Shown here: positions 39,601-50,735 of the stretch, one piece after another
Layout of the letters: the number at the start of each line of letters is the position of its first letter
How positions within the stretch are numbered: position 1 is the stretch's first letter
Source: Antedon mediterranea
Taxonomy: Eukaryota > Animalia > Echinodermata
Reading direction: 5' to 3'
Assembly: GCF_964355755.1 (NCBI RefSeq)
Contig: NC_092677.1
Span: forward strand, 8,702,101 to 8,766,100
DNA length: 64,000 nt
Made by a program: the position numbers and the translations under genes
Notes under the pieces: model-generated
The model's database searches: none
What the model saw: the letters and a program-made list of their open reading frames with translations, nothing else
Told to the model about the DNA's origin: nothing

Positions 39601-40983
39601 AGATAGAAATTAAGAAAGTGGAGAGAAAATGAAACAAAAAAAAAGAGAAAAAGGATGAATGAAAACATACTATTTGTTTGTTTAAAATATTTATTTTTTT
39701 TCATAAAAGAATTATATATTTGAGAGAAAGTGTGTTTAAAAAAAATTAAAATATTTTATGTATATTAATTTTCATAGAAAGGTCGCGTTAATTTATTTAT
39801 TTATAATAATTTATTACATTTCAATGTTAAGGGGCTGAACATGATTATTTTAAACTATTTCTTAGCATTCCCTTGATATAATTATTAATATTATTATTTG
39901 TATGTTACATTTTTTTATAATTTATATTTGTGAGTAAAAAAATAAAAAAAGAAAGAATGAATGATGATGAGTATAGAGAATGAACAGCAAAACTGAGGGA
40001 GACAGAAATAAAAAGAAAGTTGAAAATTAGAATGATGATAATGATGAATGAGAGAAATGTATGAAGGAAATAAGAGACTGAGGAATAGTAGGTCTAGTTA
40101 TGATTCAAAGGGTTTATAGTTTAGTGAATGATAGAAGAAAGAAGTTATAAGAAATGTAAGGAAAATGATGCTGACAGATGTCGAGAGTCCTGATCATGAT
40201 GCATTATTTTGTTTAAAGAAATTACAATGATCTACAATTTAAACAGGGAACTAACTGAACTAGTTGTTACAGGCCAGTAACATGTTTACAAGTTTCGTCA
40301 AAATCCAAGTTGTACAAACAAAATAGGCACAGGAATAGGAGTTATAATACATAACGTATCAGTTTAGAAACCTGTATAATGTACTGCTTTCTAATAAAAC
40401 TATTTTACTGTGTAAATTTAATCTAGTTTGACATTAATATGTCTACCAACATATTTAATCAAGAACTGTAAAAATATGTGACACTAATAAATGTGTCGTG
40501 TCATTAGACGACAATTAAAGGTCAAAAGTTTATATTTATTTTAACATATATTACAAAATAAATTACAGTAACATCTCCCAAACGCCAAACACAACAATTT
40601 ACTAAATACATTACAATACCAAGGTACAAATAACATAAACAAATAAGAGCTTACTATACATAGCACAGATTATTCTGCTTGGATGTGTAATAATATTGGG
40701 ACTATAATTACTCGTATTTGTATACTTATACGTACTTACTTGTACTCGTAACTTACTCGTGCTTGCGTGTACTTAATCATACATATTATTTGTACTCACT
40801 CGTTTTTATTCGCACATATATACGTATAGGGCTACTTTAAATCAGCTGCGTTCTCTATACAATTTTGAGAGCACCAATACGTGTCTTTATATCAATAGTA
40901 TATGAAATATTAGAGAGATTTAAGGTTTAAACAAAATCGTAACAATAAGAAGACTTACCTAATACAAGTAGTATGGACAACAT
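6669..40983 (-). CDS. DSCAM: Down syndrome cell adhesion molecule (Dscam), complete multi-exon gene
   Basis: Phase-consistent exons in transcript order. Signal: 40959-40983 (MLSILLVL). Ig1 37075-37413; Ig2 32418-32564 + 31744-31887 ([20 protein letters not shown]); Ig3 31302-31580; Ig4 30850-31119; Ig5 30307-30603; Ig6 29470-29742; Ig7 29029-29307; Ig8 28566-28685 + 27975-28145; Ig9 21611-21907. FN1 20652-20783 + 20376-20549; FN2 19459-19529 + 19046-19283; FN3 18525-18671 + 17926-18081; FN4 17403-17542 + 16866-17019. Ig10 15981-16098 + 15585-15745. FN5 13022-13120 + 12398-12586; FN6 11703-11999. TM 11172-11397. Tail 10761-10879, 9893-10078, 9410-9523, 8684-8923, 7564-7753, 7069-7205, 6669-6943, ending YTEEFTIV*. 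This is the canonical 9Ig-4FN3-Ig-2FN3-TM architecture. Confidence 0.95.
7395..7492 (-). mobile_element. SINE central-domain fragment (MetaSINE-like)
   Basis: Minus strand GGATAGGAC..CCGTTGGCCC..GCACGTTAAAGAAC..TTCGAAAATAGTAGGGGATCGTCT. A degenerate second copy lies at about 12198-12290 (+). Family assignment is from memory of the consensus. Confidence 0.5.
7935..8018 (-). mobile_element. Degenerate tRNA-derived SINE head
   Basis: Minus strand has an A-box-like TGGTTAGCGC and a B-box-like GAGTTCGATTC, but no complete cloverleaf. Confidence 0.4.
10398..10525 (-). CDS. DSCAM: Candidate alternative Dscam cytoplasmic exon (30-nt cassette 10496-10525, or terminal exon ending ...[10 protein letters not shown])
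   Basis: Strong acceptor ttcttttccacag, phase 1. Open frame [42 protein letters not shown]. Internal in-frame donor G|gtgatt at 10495. Confidence 0.5.
14394..14560 (+). repeat. Unclassified dispersed repeat
   Basis: GTGCTC..AGAAAC..AAATACTTGGCAAAATGCAG..CTCGA..TGA(T/C)GTCA is shared with about 53780-53930, 28815-28915 and 50810-50835. Confidence 0.6.
14728..14745 (-). CDS. DSCAM: Candidate 18-nt in-frame Dscam microexon (VRQPSG) between Ig10 and FN5
   Basis: Minus strand reads gactaat...tttactgcattttgtag|TGAGACAACCATCAGGAA|gtaagt. It is phase 1-1 with no stop, a consensus donor, a branch-point-like CTAAT and a UGC just upstream of the acceptor. Confidence 0.65.
20866..21342. repeat. 48-bp minisatellite, about 10 copies, in the Dscam Ig9-FN1 intron
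   Basis: Unit CAAAATGACAATGCTGTGGGTATCAGTGGCTGGATCTTAATGGAGATA, near-identical copies. Confidence 0.97.
22180..23001 (+). CDS. LINE ORF1 protein (coiled coil plus L1-type RRM/CTD, Transposase_22-like)
   Basis: 273 aa. A heptad-rich N-terminal half is followed by [35 protein letters not shown], typical of LINE ORF1 RRM domains. Confidence 0.88.
   Translation: MMATNRPTRANTKSIDLTRKTRPSESLEADDPIEASGDRQGETQTLADQLGRLSEQLNGKLDKVLENQKNYNKRLTKLETTVKDLEKSVEYAHDSTNKTKEEIKKIGNEIKKMEEYENKMAAYQDKMADMENSILKQERYSRSFNLRFGGVIENATENTQDLLQKVLREELGLEDIEIENCHRTGKRRLDNKPRHIIAKFLYRPQRNQVLKLGKVKLKSKSQNVFITEDLPDADMKKKRELSTIMAQAYAEKRKPVFRNGQLFIDGKPYKPLK
23893..26859 (+). CDS. LINE ORF2: APE endonuclease plus reverse transcriptase
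   Basis: 988 aa, uninterrupted. APE motifs NCRS, FSETW, GGGV, YRPP, GDYN, IDNI, SDHFP. RT motifs [35 protein letters not shown]-terminus YSTR..IWNNL..FKQRLK is of CR1/L2 type. Confidence 0.96.
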   Translation: MFECDLFDNVNVSTEYFNEDNLISLLEHSNLSSNFSIFGLNCRSVVNKFDLISNYLDSLVHAFSVIAFSETWLTEKDNINLYQLPGYSLIHNDRKDKRGGGVAFYVTNKLTYIIRNDLSSCMTEAETIFIEIELESGNNVICGIVYRPPSRSLQKFDDELTCVMQMINLEKKKAYLVGDYNINLLQQSTDNTIQSHLDTIFSQSFQPIIKSPTRISDNCASIIDNIYCNIDSFTTSLKSGILITDISDHFPIFCVDTLEKHNKQYPRFVYKRQYSPQQTEYFLQELQSNQWNDVLFSNNANVAYQNFTNTLNKTIDNCFPLKRIRNKANKLKSPWITAEIARAISQKHKLYKKYKQNNTTTNKSTYIHFRNKLTTTIRNRKKEYYMVQFERNKQDIKKTWTILNDIMGRKKTTNLPTKIKLGTETFSDNDEKADAFNSFFINIGEKLNNKFRHESQNEEITHRTFLKGNFTSSMFFKPVTEHELNHYIKNTKNTSPGHDGISAQLIKSASPFILKPLLHIINTSLSSGCVPADIKIAKVIPVFKNGDISDINNYRPISILPLFSKIFERIVYDQTICYLSKYNVLSKTQYGFRQHHSTSHALIQSIEKITNAIENKEFTLGVFLDLSKAFDTIDHDILLDKLRFYGIRGVPLNWFSNYLKKRLQYTFIVNTASSKMRVNTGVPQGSILGPLLFLIFINDISLACNHVDMIMYADDTNVFYSHNDITQAFDTMNQELSILSDWFIANKLTLNVNKSKYVIFKARNKSADTTSLELRMGNECIVKATEVKFLGLFLDETLSFNFHVNEVANSISRIIGVLNKVKSMLSSKILLTVYNALILPRITYAITVWGATSATNLNRIHILQKKALRNICHVHFMHPSHPLFISTQTLNIFDLYTKHTAIFMYQYKHNLLPESFNNLFSTSASFHNYSTRNRSNYCPQLKRTKVGQQCISYQGTHIWNNLTDYIKQSPTLSLFKQRLKQYYNNRNI
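31930..32216 (+). mobile_element. 3' fragment of a CR1-type LINE
   Basis: [34 protein letters not shown] is a CR1-type ORF2 C-terminus. It ends in an (AAGTAAAC/AAGT)n tail. Confidence 0.75.
33977..34071 (+). mobile_element. DINE-1/HINE-like (Helentron-associated) short element
   Basis: CGCGACTCTACAGCTCACTAT(GTCG)n ... GCGACT ... GCCTTGTTT. Other copies at 43642-43717 (-) and 46208-46290 (+, TTTTAGTCGTGTGCAACGCGACTC). Confidence 0.6.
34592..35412 (-). mobile_element. 5'-truncated L1/Tx1-type LINE (ORF2 C-terminal zf-RVT region, 3' UTR, A-rich tail)
   Basis: Open frame from about 35410 to 34765 with [12 protein letters not shown] and [15 protein letters not shown]-rich tract at 34592-34620 on + is the A tail. 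Confidence 0.85.
38058..38198. mobile_element. MITE family A (TIR AGCTCTGTCTACACTATCAAACT), PIF/Harbinger-like; complete copy
   Basis: About 23-bp terminal inverted repeats flanked by TAA/TTA. Related copies at about 4643-4748, 4878-5165, 9639-9705, 16352-16372, 17275-17362, 33290-33427 and 47558-47678. Confidence 0.8.
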
Positions 40984-43900
40984 ACTATTCCAAGAAATTG
41001 AAAACTTCTTCTGAAACAATAATAATTATCTGCACAGCTGGAAATTGTATGCTGGTATAAAATGCAATTATATATACATCTCTCCTTTTTCAAAAACAAT
41101 ACAGATTGTTTAAATTTCAATAATCAAAATGAAGAGTCTATATCACATTGCTATACACCTAATTTTCCATCCGATGAATTGTGCAAAAACATCAACTGGA
41201 ACAACTTTTTTGGAAGCTGCGGCTAAACTGAGGTGTTATTGATCCAGCTATGACAATGTCATCTTATAACACCCATATCGATACAGTAGACAATAGTTTA
41301 TTAATTATATTCACTGGAAGCTCATGGCATGTTTTAAGATCAATACAAGATATTAAATTAATACTATCGATGTATTTAGATCTTTCCTTTAAAAAACGCA
41401 ATTGTACAAAAATAACCCAACTTCTGTTAAGATCCTTTGCATGAAATTTAAATTCATATTAATGTATACAACAATATTTCACAGAAAATGAGTTCGTTGT
41501 CAGGGAACGCTTAAACATATATACGTAACGCTGATTGGTTGAATTACTACAAACCTGGGAACAGTGAACTCATTGAAATACGGACTGGCAACCAATCAAA
41601 ATATCCGTAATTTATTCAATATTATCGTTTATGCATGTCATTACAGATGATAATGGTTGGTTAATACGAGCCCAGCCGATTAATAATTCGTTAAGACAAC
41701 ACGTGTGTATGGCCCATTGTGGGTATATTTCAGGATGGCGTATTTTCATTCCTATATGTCCAGATGTAAAAGCCTTTTCGCGTGCTAGCCAGCGAACGAA
41801 CAAAGGCGTCATAAACACCGCACGTGCAGTAGAGCTCCGTTGCTATAGACCCGCACAAAGGTTCCGTTGCAGCTGGCTATATCATTAAACCATGGAGAAA
41901 TTTAAGGCCTATCTATACAAATGTTTAAAGATACATACTGTAACGTATCATAACTTTTAAGGATTTCAACAAAACACAATTGAATGATGAATACACGCCT
42001 TTATTTGCCGTTTGTTTCCGTTAGAATTTGTGCTGGAATATAGGTCGAGCTACCGACCTCATAATCGCGCATGGAGTAAATGAGAGAAATTAGTACAAAA
42101 TTCGTATGTAGACCTAATTATTAAATATTAATGCTATTATACTATAGCCAAATATGCCATACCAACTTAACCATATCATTCGTTAATTGTTCTTTATAAA
42201 TACTAACAAAATGTATAACAGTAATTTTTGTTTACCTTATAATATCATCAAATGTATCATCATGTTACTTACGATAAAGTCATATTTCATATACACAAAG
42301 TTGTCCCAAACACAACTTGTTGTGCAATTATTCCTGACAGAAAATACAATAAATATATAGCTTCTTTTGTTGACGGTTACTGATATATTCAGTATTACTT
42401 TTTATTTTAGTGCAACATTTTTTTTTTTACAAACTAAAAGTTTACTAGGGAAAATGTAGCTTGATAATTATGACTCTTCCCCGCCGATAGTACATTTAAT
42501 GTGTGGCCTATCTGTTTATTTACCCTACTCGGCTAATGTACTTTCTTCGTATTTCTAGATCCCGTAGAGGATTGTACCACTGGGAATATAAAGCACATTT
42601 TGTCTAAGCTTTACAAATAAATACATTTTTTCTCAATAATTATCCGTCGTGCATCTTTGTCGACGAGGTATTGTTTTGCCAGAAATACAGGAAAACAAAT
42701 TTCGAATTTCAAAAATGTAGAATACTTGCCGGAAGTAATAAAATTATTTTCTACTAAAACTATCCATGATTTACTATTTCAAAATATAGAAATCTAAGCT
42801 TTCTAAGCTTAAAATATAATTAAGGATGTGTTGTATTGGATATATCTGAACCAAAACAATAATTGGCCGTACATCCCTGTCGACAAGGTATTGTTATTCC
42901 TGATATACAGGAAAGCAACTTTCGAGATCAATAAATATTAGACACCGAATTGCCGGAAGCAATAGGCCTACGTCAGTAATCTAGCACTAATTAGTTAGTT
43001 TTTTATTCACTTTGATTTTTTATTGCATGTAATTCATATAAATATAAAGAAGTAAGTAATTCTTTCCTTTGTTAATTATACGCAAACAAATTAATTTATA
43101 AATATTATATCGAAGTAAAAGTCATTTGAAAATTATGAAGAATGTAAGTAATTTCAAAGTAAATTTGAGTGAATCTCACAAAAAAAAAAAAAAATTAGGA
43201 TTTAATAGGTTATTATTTTACGGTATAACATTGCTATATAATCATTATTAGGCATTAATTTCCAATAAAACTCACTTAACAACGCGTAATAATAACACCA
43301 GTGTGTTGATTCAGTCCACACACCAATATGTTGATTTAGAACACACTTAAAGCGCGTGCTAGGCCCAATCCATCGTTTACATTTCGCAGATGGCACGTGC
43401 ATTATTATGTATATTCAATTATTATGTTTACTCCTGACGCCATGTTTCAATCTCCAAGTCACCGTTAGAACACAATTGATATAAAGTGTCCCGATAATCA
43501 ATAAACGTGTATACCAGTATGTAGCCTCTATCATTTGTTGGTGTGATTGTCTTAAATGATAGACAATACTAGGCCTAATACAAAGTTTAGTTTATGCAAA
43601 GATTGCAGAATTAGGCAAAATTCCATACCAATGTTTCCAGGAAACCAGGACATATACATGGCTGCAGTCGCGTGCTCAATTTTGTGTTTACCGACCGACC
43701 GACATAGTGAGCTGTACACTAGTTAAATAAATTAAATAGGCCTACAGTAACCAGCAAACGTTGTTTTTTTTTTATTTGTTCAAAAATGTAATGTATATGC
43801 ATTCACTAACACAGTCTGAACAGGGCTTTAATTATTTTCAGATGGTAATGGATTTCGACAACATGTCAATTATTTATCTGTGTCAGGAGTTGCCCTTTAA

Positions 43901-46319
43901 TATTATTTGAGCTTCTCAAAACAAAACGGTTGTTTTTCAGACGATTCTTTCACAGTGTAAAATTGAAATACGAACGTCTATTCAATCGAATCATTTCATG
44001 CGTATAACTAAATTACTGTTTTGAAGTGTGTTGAGTAAATATACTTAAGTCAGACGACAAAGCACTTTAGGAAAATAAAAATCGATGTTTCAGCCGAGTC
44101 CAGGTGATGCACTGACAGGCATGCGACGTAATATTATTATGTATTATCTTTATTAATGCTCAATAAGTGCGACTCGACACCGTTTAGAAATTGGATTTTC
44201 CTTAATATGATACTTATAAACCGACCCAGACAGAGTTAATTAAACATTGAATGACCTCCTAAATTAAATTATTGTCTACTATAATTTTATAATATACCAT
44301 TTTAATGTCACAGTTATTTATTAACCAAAATTGGATCGACAAATATAAATGTATATATACTGTAATATTTGAAGGCAAAACATTGACTGTCAGGAAATGA
44401 CCGTTTATTCTGCTTTTATTTAATAACTCAAATAATAAATTCTTTATCCAAACTGAAAAACGGATTTTTTTCATTTTCATTTGTTATGTTTTTGTGGAAA
44501 AATACCCCTTCAATTTCTACATTAAAAAAAAATGTTAAACAATGCTTATTTTTATACAAATTTTAATATTGAATAAATGTAAATATCTTTGTAATTCAGC
44601 TAAGGCTGCGATAATGATATTGAAATAAATGAAATGAAAATATTAAAATTAAAATCCCCACCCTTACTGTCAAAACTGTCCAATTGTGTACCCTTTTAAT
44701 TTTGAAAATCAACTTTTATATATATATTATTCATATTTATTAGGTTATTTTATTATTGTTATGTTTGCATTTATGTGTTGCTGTACTGCTACACTGATAG
44801 TGCTATCAAATTCTGTCAAGAAATAAATATGTTTAAAAAATGAATATATGATTAACGCATGTATCCGCTTACTTTCTAATACATGTCATTATTTTCTAAA
44901 ATATGCACTGTCATGACCATAATTATCTGAACATGAGTAAAAAAAATTCAGTGTGAAAGAATGCATAGCAGAAAAAGTAGTAGTAGCCGTTCAACAATTT
45001 TACAAGTTATGCTTTTATTCATATTCTTTCTACAATCTGATAATTTATTCTAACCGTTCAATCCTCAAATATTAACCCATGATAATAAATAGAAAATGAA
45101 CCCAACCGATTCAATACGCGTTGTTAATTTCAACCAACGTGTATCAAATGCACCGTAAACCATTTCAGTGTTTAAAAAACATCAAACGATACAACAAAGT
45201 GTTGTTTTAAAAAACAAACAAAATTGCTTCATTTAATAAAAAATAATAAAACGAATTATTAATTCCTGTTGATTGAATAATTAGACTTCAATCAACCATA
45301 AATAATTAAAATCCATTTACTTTGTAAATAACAACACGGTCAATCAATTTTAATAAACGAAGAAACAAAATTAAATTTTACAGACGTTCAACAAATACTA
45401 TACAGAAGAATATGAATGAAAGAATTTATTTGAATTGGTTTTGTTAACGGAAAGAGCGAAACTGCCAATTTAGTACTCGCAAATTACAAATCTTTCTGTT
45501 CGGACATTTAATTCAATTCAACAAACATTTATTTACGTCCAAAAGACAAAAAGTTTTTTAAAAAATGACAAGAAATAATTGAGAAAATGGACAAAGTCAG
45601 AATCACAAAAAGATGATAAATTTGTAGTTTCCGGCTGACATCAAATATATATTTGATATATAATGAAATTTTTAAGCATGTGAATTGTTGTAAAATTGAG
45701 TAATTACTCTGTAAAAATACAAAAGTGCTATAAGCTATAACTGTTTGAACCTTTTGTTACTAATTACATTTTTTGAAGAAAAAAAACATGATTCATAAAA
45801 CATGTCCTCAATGGATCCTTATGTTTACACATGAATCGTCATTGTTCTCCAGAGGCTAAACAATGTTCACAATGTTTCATCTGTCTGGTTTTAGTGTCAT
45901 GTAGATTTCCGGACATGATTTTAATACCATTAAATACCGGCAGATAATATGTCTTTTAAAAGGCTTTTAAAAGTCGCGTCTTTGTAAATATAATGGTTAC
46001 ACTTCCGGTGTAGCATGACTGCGCAAATGTGAAATATCTTTTAAAATTCTTTCTAAAACTGTGGAATTTTTATCTGTTCTTTAAAAGAAAATAAGTATTT
46101 TTTTATAATGCATATATTATTTGTAAAAGGTTGAACAACGGTTATTTATTTCAGTTGATTCGCAAATGTTTTTGGTTTCCTTTGAGCGTCTATCTTCTTG
46201 CATAACCTTTTTAGTCGTGTGCAACGCGACTCCACAGCTCCCTATGTCGGTCGGTCGGATGGTCGGTCGGATGGTCGTTCGGTCGGTTGAGCACGTATGT
46301 ATATAGTCTTGTTATTCAA

Positions 46320-46950
46320 GACTTTCCTTTCATTCCTTGCTTCCGTTATTTCCGTCATTATTTCTACGCCATTCTTTTCTTGTATTTTTCCACACTTTCC
46401 TTCAATTTCCTTCCTTCCATTATTTCTTTCATTATTCTTTCATTTATTCTCTCTTTCCATTCCTCTCTTCCACACTTTCTTTCCATTTCTTTCCTTCCAT
46501 TATTTTTTTTTATTATTCCTTTCATTCTTCTCTTATGCATTCTCTACTTCCATTCCTCTTTTGCACACTTTCTTTCTATTCGCTTCCTTGTATTATTTCA
46601 TTTATTATTTCATTTATTATTCCTTTCATTCTTCTCGTATGTATTCTTTCCTTCCATTCCTCTCTTTCACACTTTCTTTCCATTCCCTTCATTCTATAAT
46701 TTCTTTCCTTATTTCCTTTCATTCTTCTCTTAAGTGTTTTTTCCTTCCATTCCTCTCTTCCACACTTTCTTTCCATTCCCTTCTTTTATTATTTCTTTCC
46801 TTATTTCCTTTTATTCTTCTCTTATGTATTCTTTACTTCCATTCTTCTCTTCCATACTTTCTTTCCAATCCCTTCCTTATATTATTTCTTTCCTTATTTC
46901 CTTTCATCCTTCTCTTATGTATTCTTTCCTTCCATTCCTCTCTTCCACTT
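46320..46950. repeat. CT-rich degenerate tandem repeat (unit about 80-90 bp)
   Basis: Recurring TTCCATTCCTCTCTTCCACACTTTCTTTCCATT and CCTTTCATTCTTCTCTTATG. Confidence 0.88.
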
Positions 46951-47557
46951 AAACAAAGAATGTAATTACAAACATCTGAAGTCTTATATACATCTGCTTT
47001 TATTCCATCGATTTTATTAACATTGATTTTATAAAGATTTCAATATTTATTATATAAAATAATTATAGGCGTCTTTGTCACTAAATAAAGTGAATTATTA
47101 TTGTTCGTATGTAGGCACACATAAAGTATTAATTTGCATATAGAGGGAGAAATGCTTTGATTATTCAAATTAGGTCAATTAATGCTTAATGTAGGCTGTC
47201 ACTTCGTATCGAACCTACACGTATTGTATTTGTTGAATTCAAAACAACGCAAACTTGAGATTTGTAATAAAATAACCATTGAATTAATACCAAATTAGAT
47301 TATCATGATGTAATAAGAATTACCTAACCTCTAACTTTGGGTCACGATAGCATCAAAGGGTCAATAGATATTAATTTGGTATTTTGATATATTTAATTTT
47401 CACTGGAATAATCGTCTTAACACGGTCATCGTCTTGAGGGCTTTTACTGGTTGTCACGGTTGATTTAATTAACTCATCTTTGCTTTATACGCATATTTGC
47501 TTTAAAATACTTGAGTTCAAACAATGTTGTACGTGTTTGTATGATAGTCTGATCTAA

Positions 47558-47678
47558 AGCTCTGTCTACACTATCAAACTTTTGTGTCATATCACTCCCA
47601 TACTTGGGCATAATACTACCATCTTTGGGCACATCACACTTTATTTTGTCAAACTAGTTTGATAGTGTAGACAGAGCG
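47558..47678. mobile_element. MITE family A copy
   Basis: AGCTCTGTCTACACTATCAAACT ... AGTTTGATAGTGTAGACAGAGCG. Confidence 0.8.
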
Positions 47679-48959
47679 TTATATTAATCTACATAGGTGG
47701 ATTAAATGGATAGGACATTACGCTAAAAGCTACATTTAGACAGCACCTTTCAATTTACGTATATTATTTTGTTTTGCATTATCTAACAACACGGCGCCGT
47801 GTTGTGTGTGAACGAAACCTTAATCACAACATAATCTTTTATTTATTGTTTATACTTAATTAATACCATAATGCCTCAGCAAAAATGTATGATCTATTTA
47901 TTGTGAGAAATGTGAATAAATGGTATTTTTTTTAAACATTTTGTACCCATTTTTTATAATAAACTATCTACTTTAAAATGCGTCCTTGCAAATGTACCAT
48001 CAACTTGAATTTTATTTCTAAAAACATTTTTATGCGTTTAAAAATTAGTCCTTGACATAAAAAGGCATGCTTTGAAATTCAACAACATACATGATACTTC
48101 AATTTTATGTAAGTTTTTTTAGCACCATTGTACACTCTGCTGGTATCGCTAGGACTAATTCCTAATGATTCGCATTGATGCTCACTGATCAGCATCTAAT
48201 GGTTTCTACCCGTAATTATGTTTAGAAGACACAAAGTCTGTAATGAACCTACACACATTAAATTCAAATACTGTATTGTTAATGAACAAAGACATTTATT
48301 TGTTTGTTCTTAGTTTTTGCCTGGAGAAATAAGTATAACCGTGATGTTTGTCATTTCCGCGTGAGATGATATCCCTTAGTATGTTCTAGACTGTGTTGCG
48401 ACTTAATTAAGTAAAAAGATAAATATGTTGGCACATATGGCGGTTCATACGTATAACACTTGAACTTGAGCAGTGAACAATCGAAAAGCTGGTCTAACAT
48501 AAAAACTACATACTTGGGGAAATTCTAGATATTCACAAACAATCTGTTCGGTACCTTTTCTTGTCCGGTATCATTAGCCATAGCCTATTGTTAACCAGGA
48601 AACCATAATTATTAAATTGAGCTTTTTTGGTGACCATCCTATTGGGAAGGTTTTCACGTATATAGTGCATTTGAAGTTGTATAGTGAACACGAATGAGGG
48701 CGGATTTTTCTTTCTTTTATTTGTTCTTTCAACCTTTTGTATTGCCGCTTTCTATTGTTATAGAAAGTATAGTACGGGTACAAAATATTCTTATATGTTT
48801 CGCCATATGATATTGCAAGTCGCATTAAATTTAATTGACTAAGAATAACGATTATAAAAATGTTTTACACTTTTTTTATATAGAAAATAGCATGCATAAT
48901 TTAATTTATTTGTTGGTTGTTCGACATACATTCGAGATTTCTAAAGAGTCAATGACGCT

Positions 48960-49250
48960 CTATGGCTCAAAAGCCAGAAGTCCCAACTCTCTGGCTCACA
49001 CAACAAGCCACAGGTGTTAGAGCTTTAGGGCCACAACAATCCAAGAGCTGGCGCACAAACCAGAGGTCCAAGAGCTGGCTCACAAACCAGAGGTCCAATA
49101 GCTGGCTCACAATCCAGAGGTCCAAGAGCTGACTCACAAACCAGAGGTCCAAGAGCTCTATACGGCTAACAAGCAAGAAGTCTCAGAAACCCTATGGGTT
49201 GCAAAACAGAAGTCCAAGTCTCTATTGCGCACAAGCCAGAAGTCCAAATA
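48960..49250. repeat. 27-bp minisatellite with degenerate flanks
   Basis: Unit CACAAACCAGAGGTCCAAGAGCTGGCT, about 4 good copies at 49054-49157. Confidence 0.88.
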
Positions 49251-50310
49251 ACAAACAACCTCAATATTATGTATAGATATGTAAACAATGTTACTACTGT
49301 ACAATTTATTGTAAATTCAGCATGCAAAAAGAAAAGAAACATATGCACTGTCTATTGTATTATGCATCTTGTTTATAATAGTGCAGAAGCCAGAATTAGC
49401 TTCTTGAGTACTGTTAAGTTACAACAGATGGGCATCGCTATCAATCAACATCTGCCCGGAGAATGATTTATAAAATTATTACGTAATGTATAAAGTTAAT
49501 ATAAATAAACGTGTAGGCCAACCCATTTCTCACTGTTGGTGGACCTACAGATGGATGCACTTGCACAGGTCATTCGTTGAAAGTACAAATGAATTACTAT
49601 TATTGTCGTTACTTCTTTGTAAGCCTACTTGGTGTAGCCTACGTGAGAATACTGAACGGCATGTGAGGAACCCGGACCATAATCTATCGAATTACTGTTT
49701 AATATCATAATAATTATAATGAAAATTATCAGATAGACTGAATGAAAAGTAATTAAATTAATAAATAGTAATGTTGTTTACAACATTGCACTTTTAATCA
49801 TTCTACCTATAAATTTATTGTAATGTTGTTCATTTAAATGATCCTTTTATTTACCACCTGTCTATGCAAATCAACAATTATTACAATAATAGGCCAATGG
49901 TCACTGACAATCATGGATGTCACACATTATGCTAATTTCTTATTTTTTTAGACTAAGCAAAACGAAAATGATTATCCGAGCTGTTATAAATACTGTATAT
50001 TAAAAGGCCTGATTTTAATATTTCTATCAACGCCATTGGTACCCATATGGTATATAGTTTTCCCTGCTTTGAAGTAAATGGGTTTATTATCATAACCTAA
50101 CTTTCACAATGCTAATTACTGCATAAGGCCAGATATTTCTTTGATACTCATATTATATTATTTTATACAACGTTGAGTTGAGGGTTTAACTTATAATTGA
50201 TTAAACTCAATACAATTGTGTGCCAATTTGCATCACAAGCAGGCTACATGTTTAATAAATGACGTATTTGGGAGTTTCTGCCATTTGCAAAACTAACGCG
50301 TTTTGTATAT

Positions 50311-50490
50311 CCATAGACGTAAAACGCGCGTTATTGTACGTTACACATGGAGGAAATAATAATGCGTGTTTTACGTTTATGGTCATTGTCTGTCACAGCA
50401 TTTAACCATAAACGTAAAATAAGCGTTATTGTAAGTTACAGGTGGAGGAGACAATAATGCGTGTTTTACGTTTATGTTCATTGTCTGTTT
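50311..50490. repeat. Two tandem copies of a self-complementary unit of about 95 bp
   Basis: CCATA(G/A)ACGTAAAA..CGTTATT ... AATAATGCGTGTTTTACGTTTATG occurs twice. Confidence 0.8.
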
Positions 50491-50735
50491 TATGTTATGG
50501 ATATATTCTATGAAATAATTTTATACATAAGTAACTGTTATTAGCACATCACTTCAATTATTAAATTACAACAAAATTCAAAGAAATGATTCCGTTTTTT
50601 GTCTCGTAATTCCTAAATTAGGCTATAGATGTGTCTATGTCATATTTCTTTCATGTATCCGTAATGCAAGCTACGTCATAGCACTCACGAATCATACATT
50701 TTCATTTTGTTCTTCTGTTGTCTCTGCACAAATGT

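Noticed and set aside
46287-46965. Several Phe/Ser/Leu-rich ORFs
   Set aside because: A low-complexity CT-rich repeat lacks stop codons by composition.
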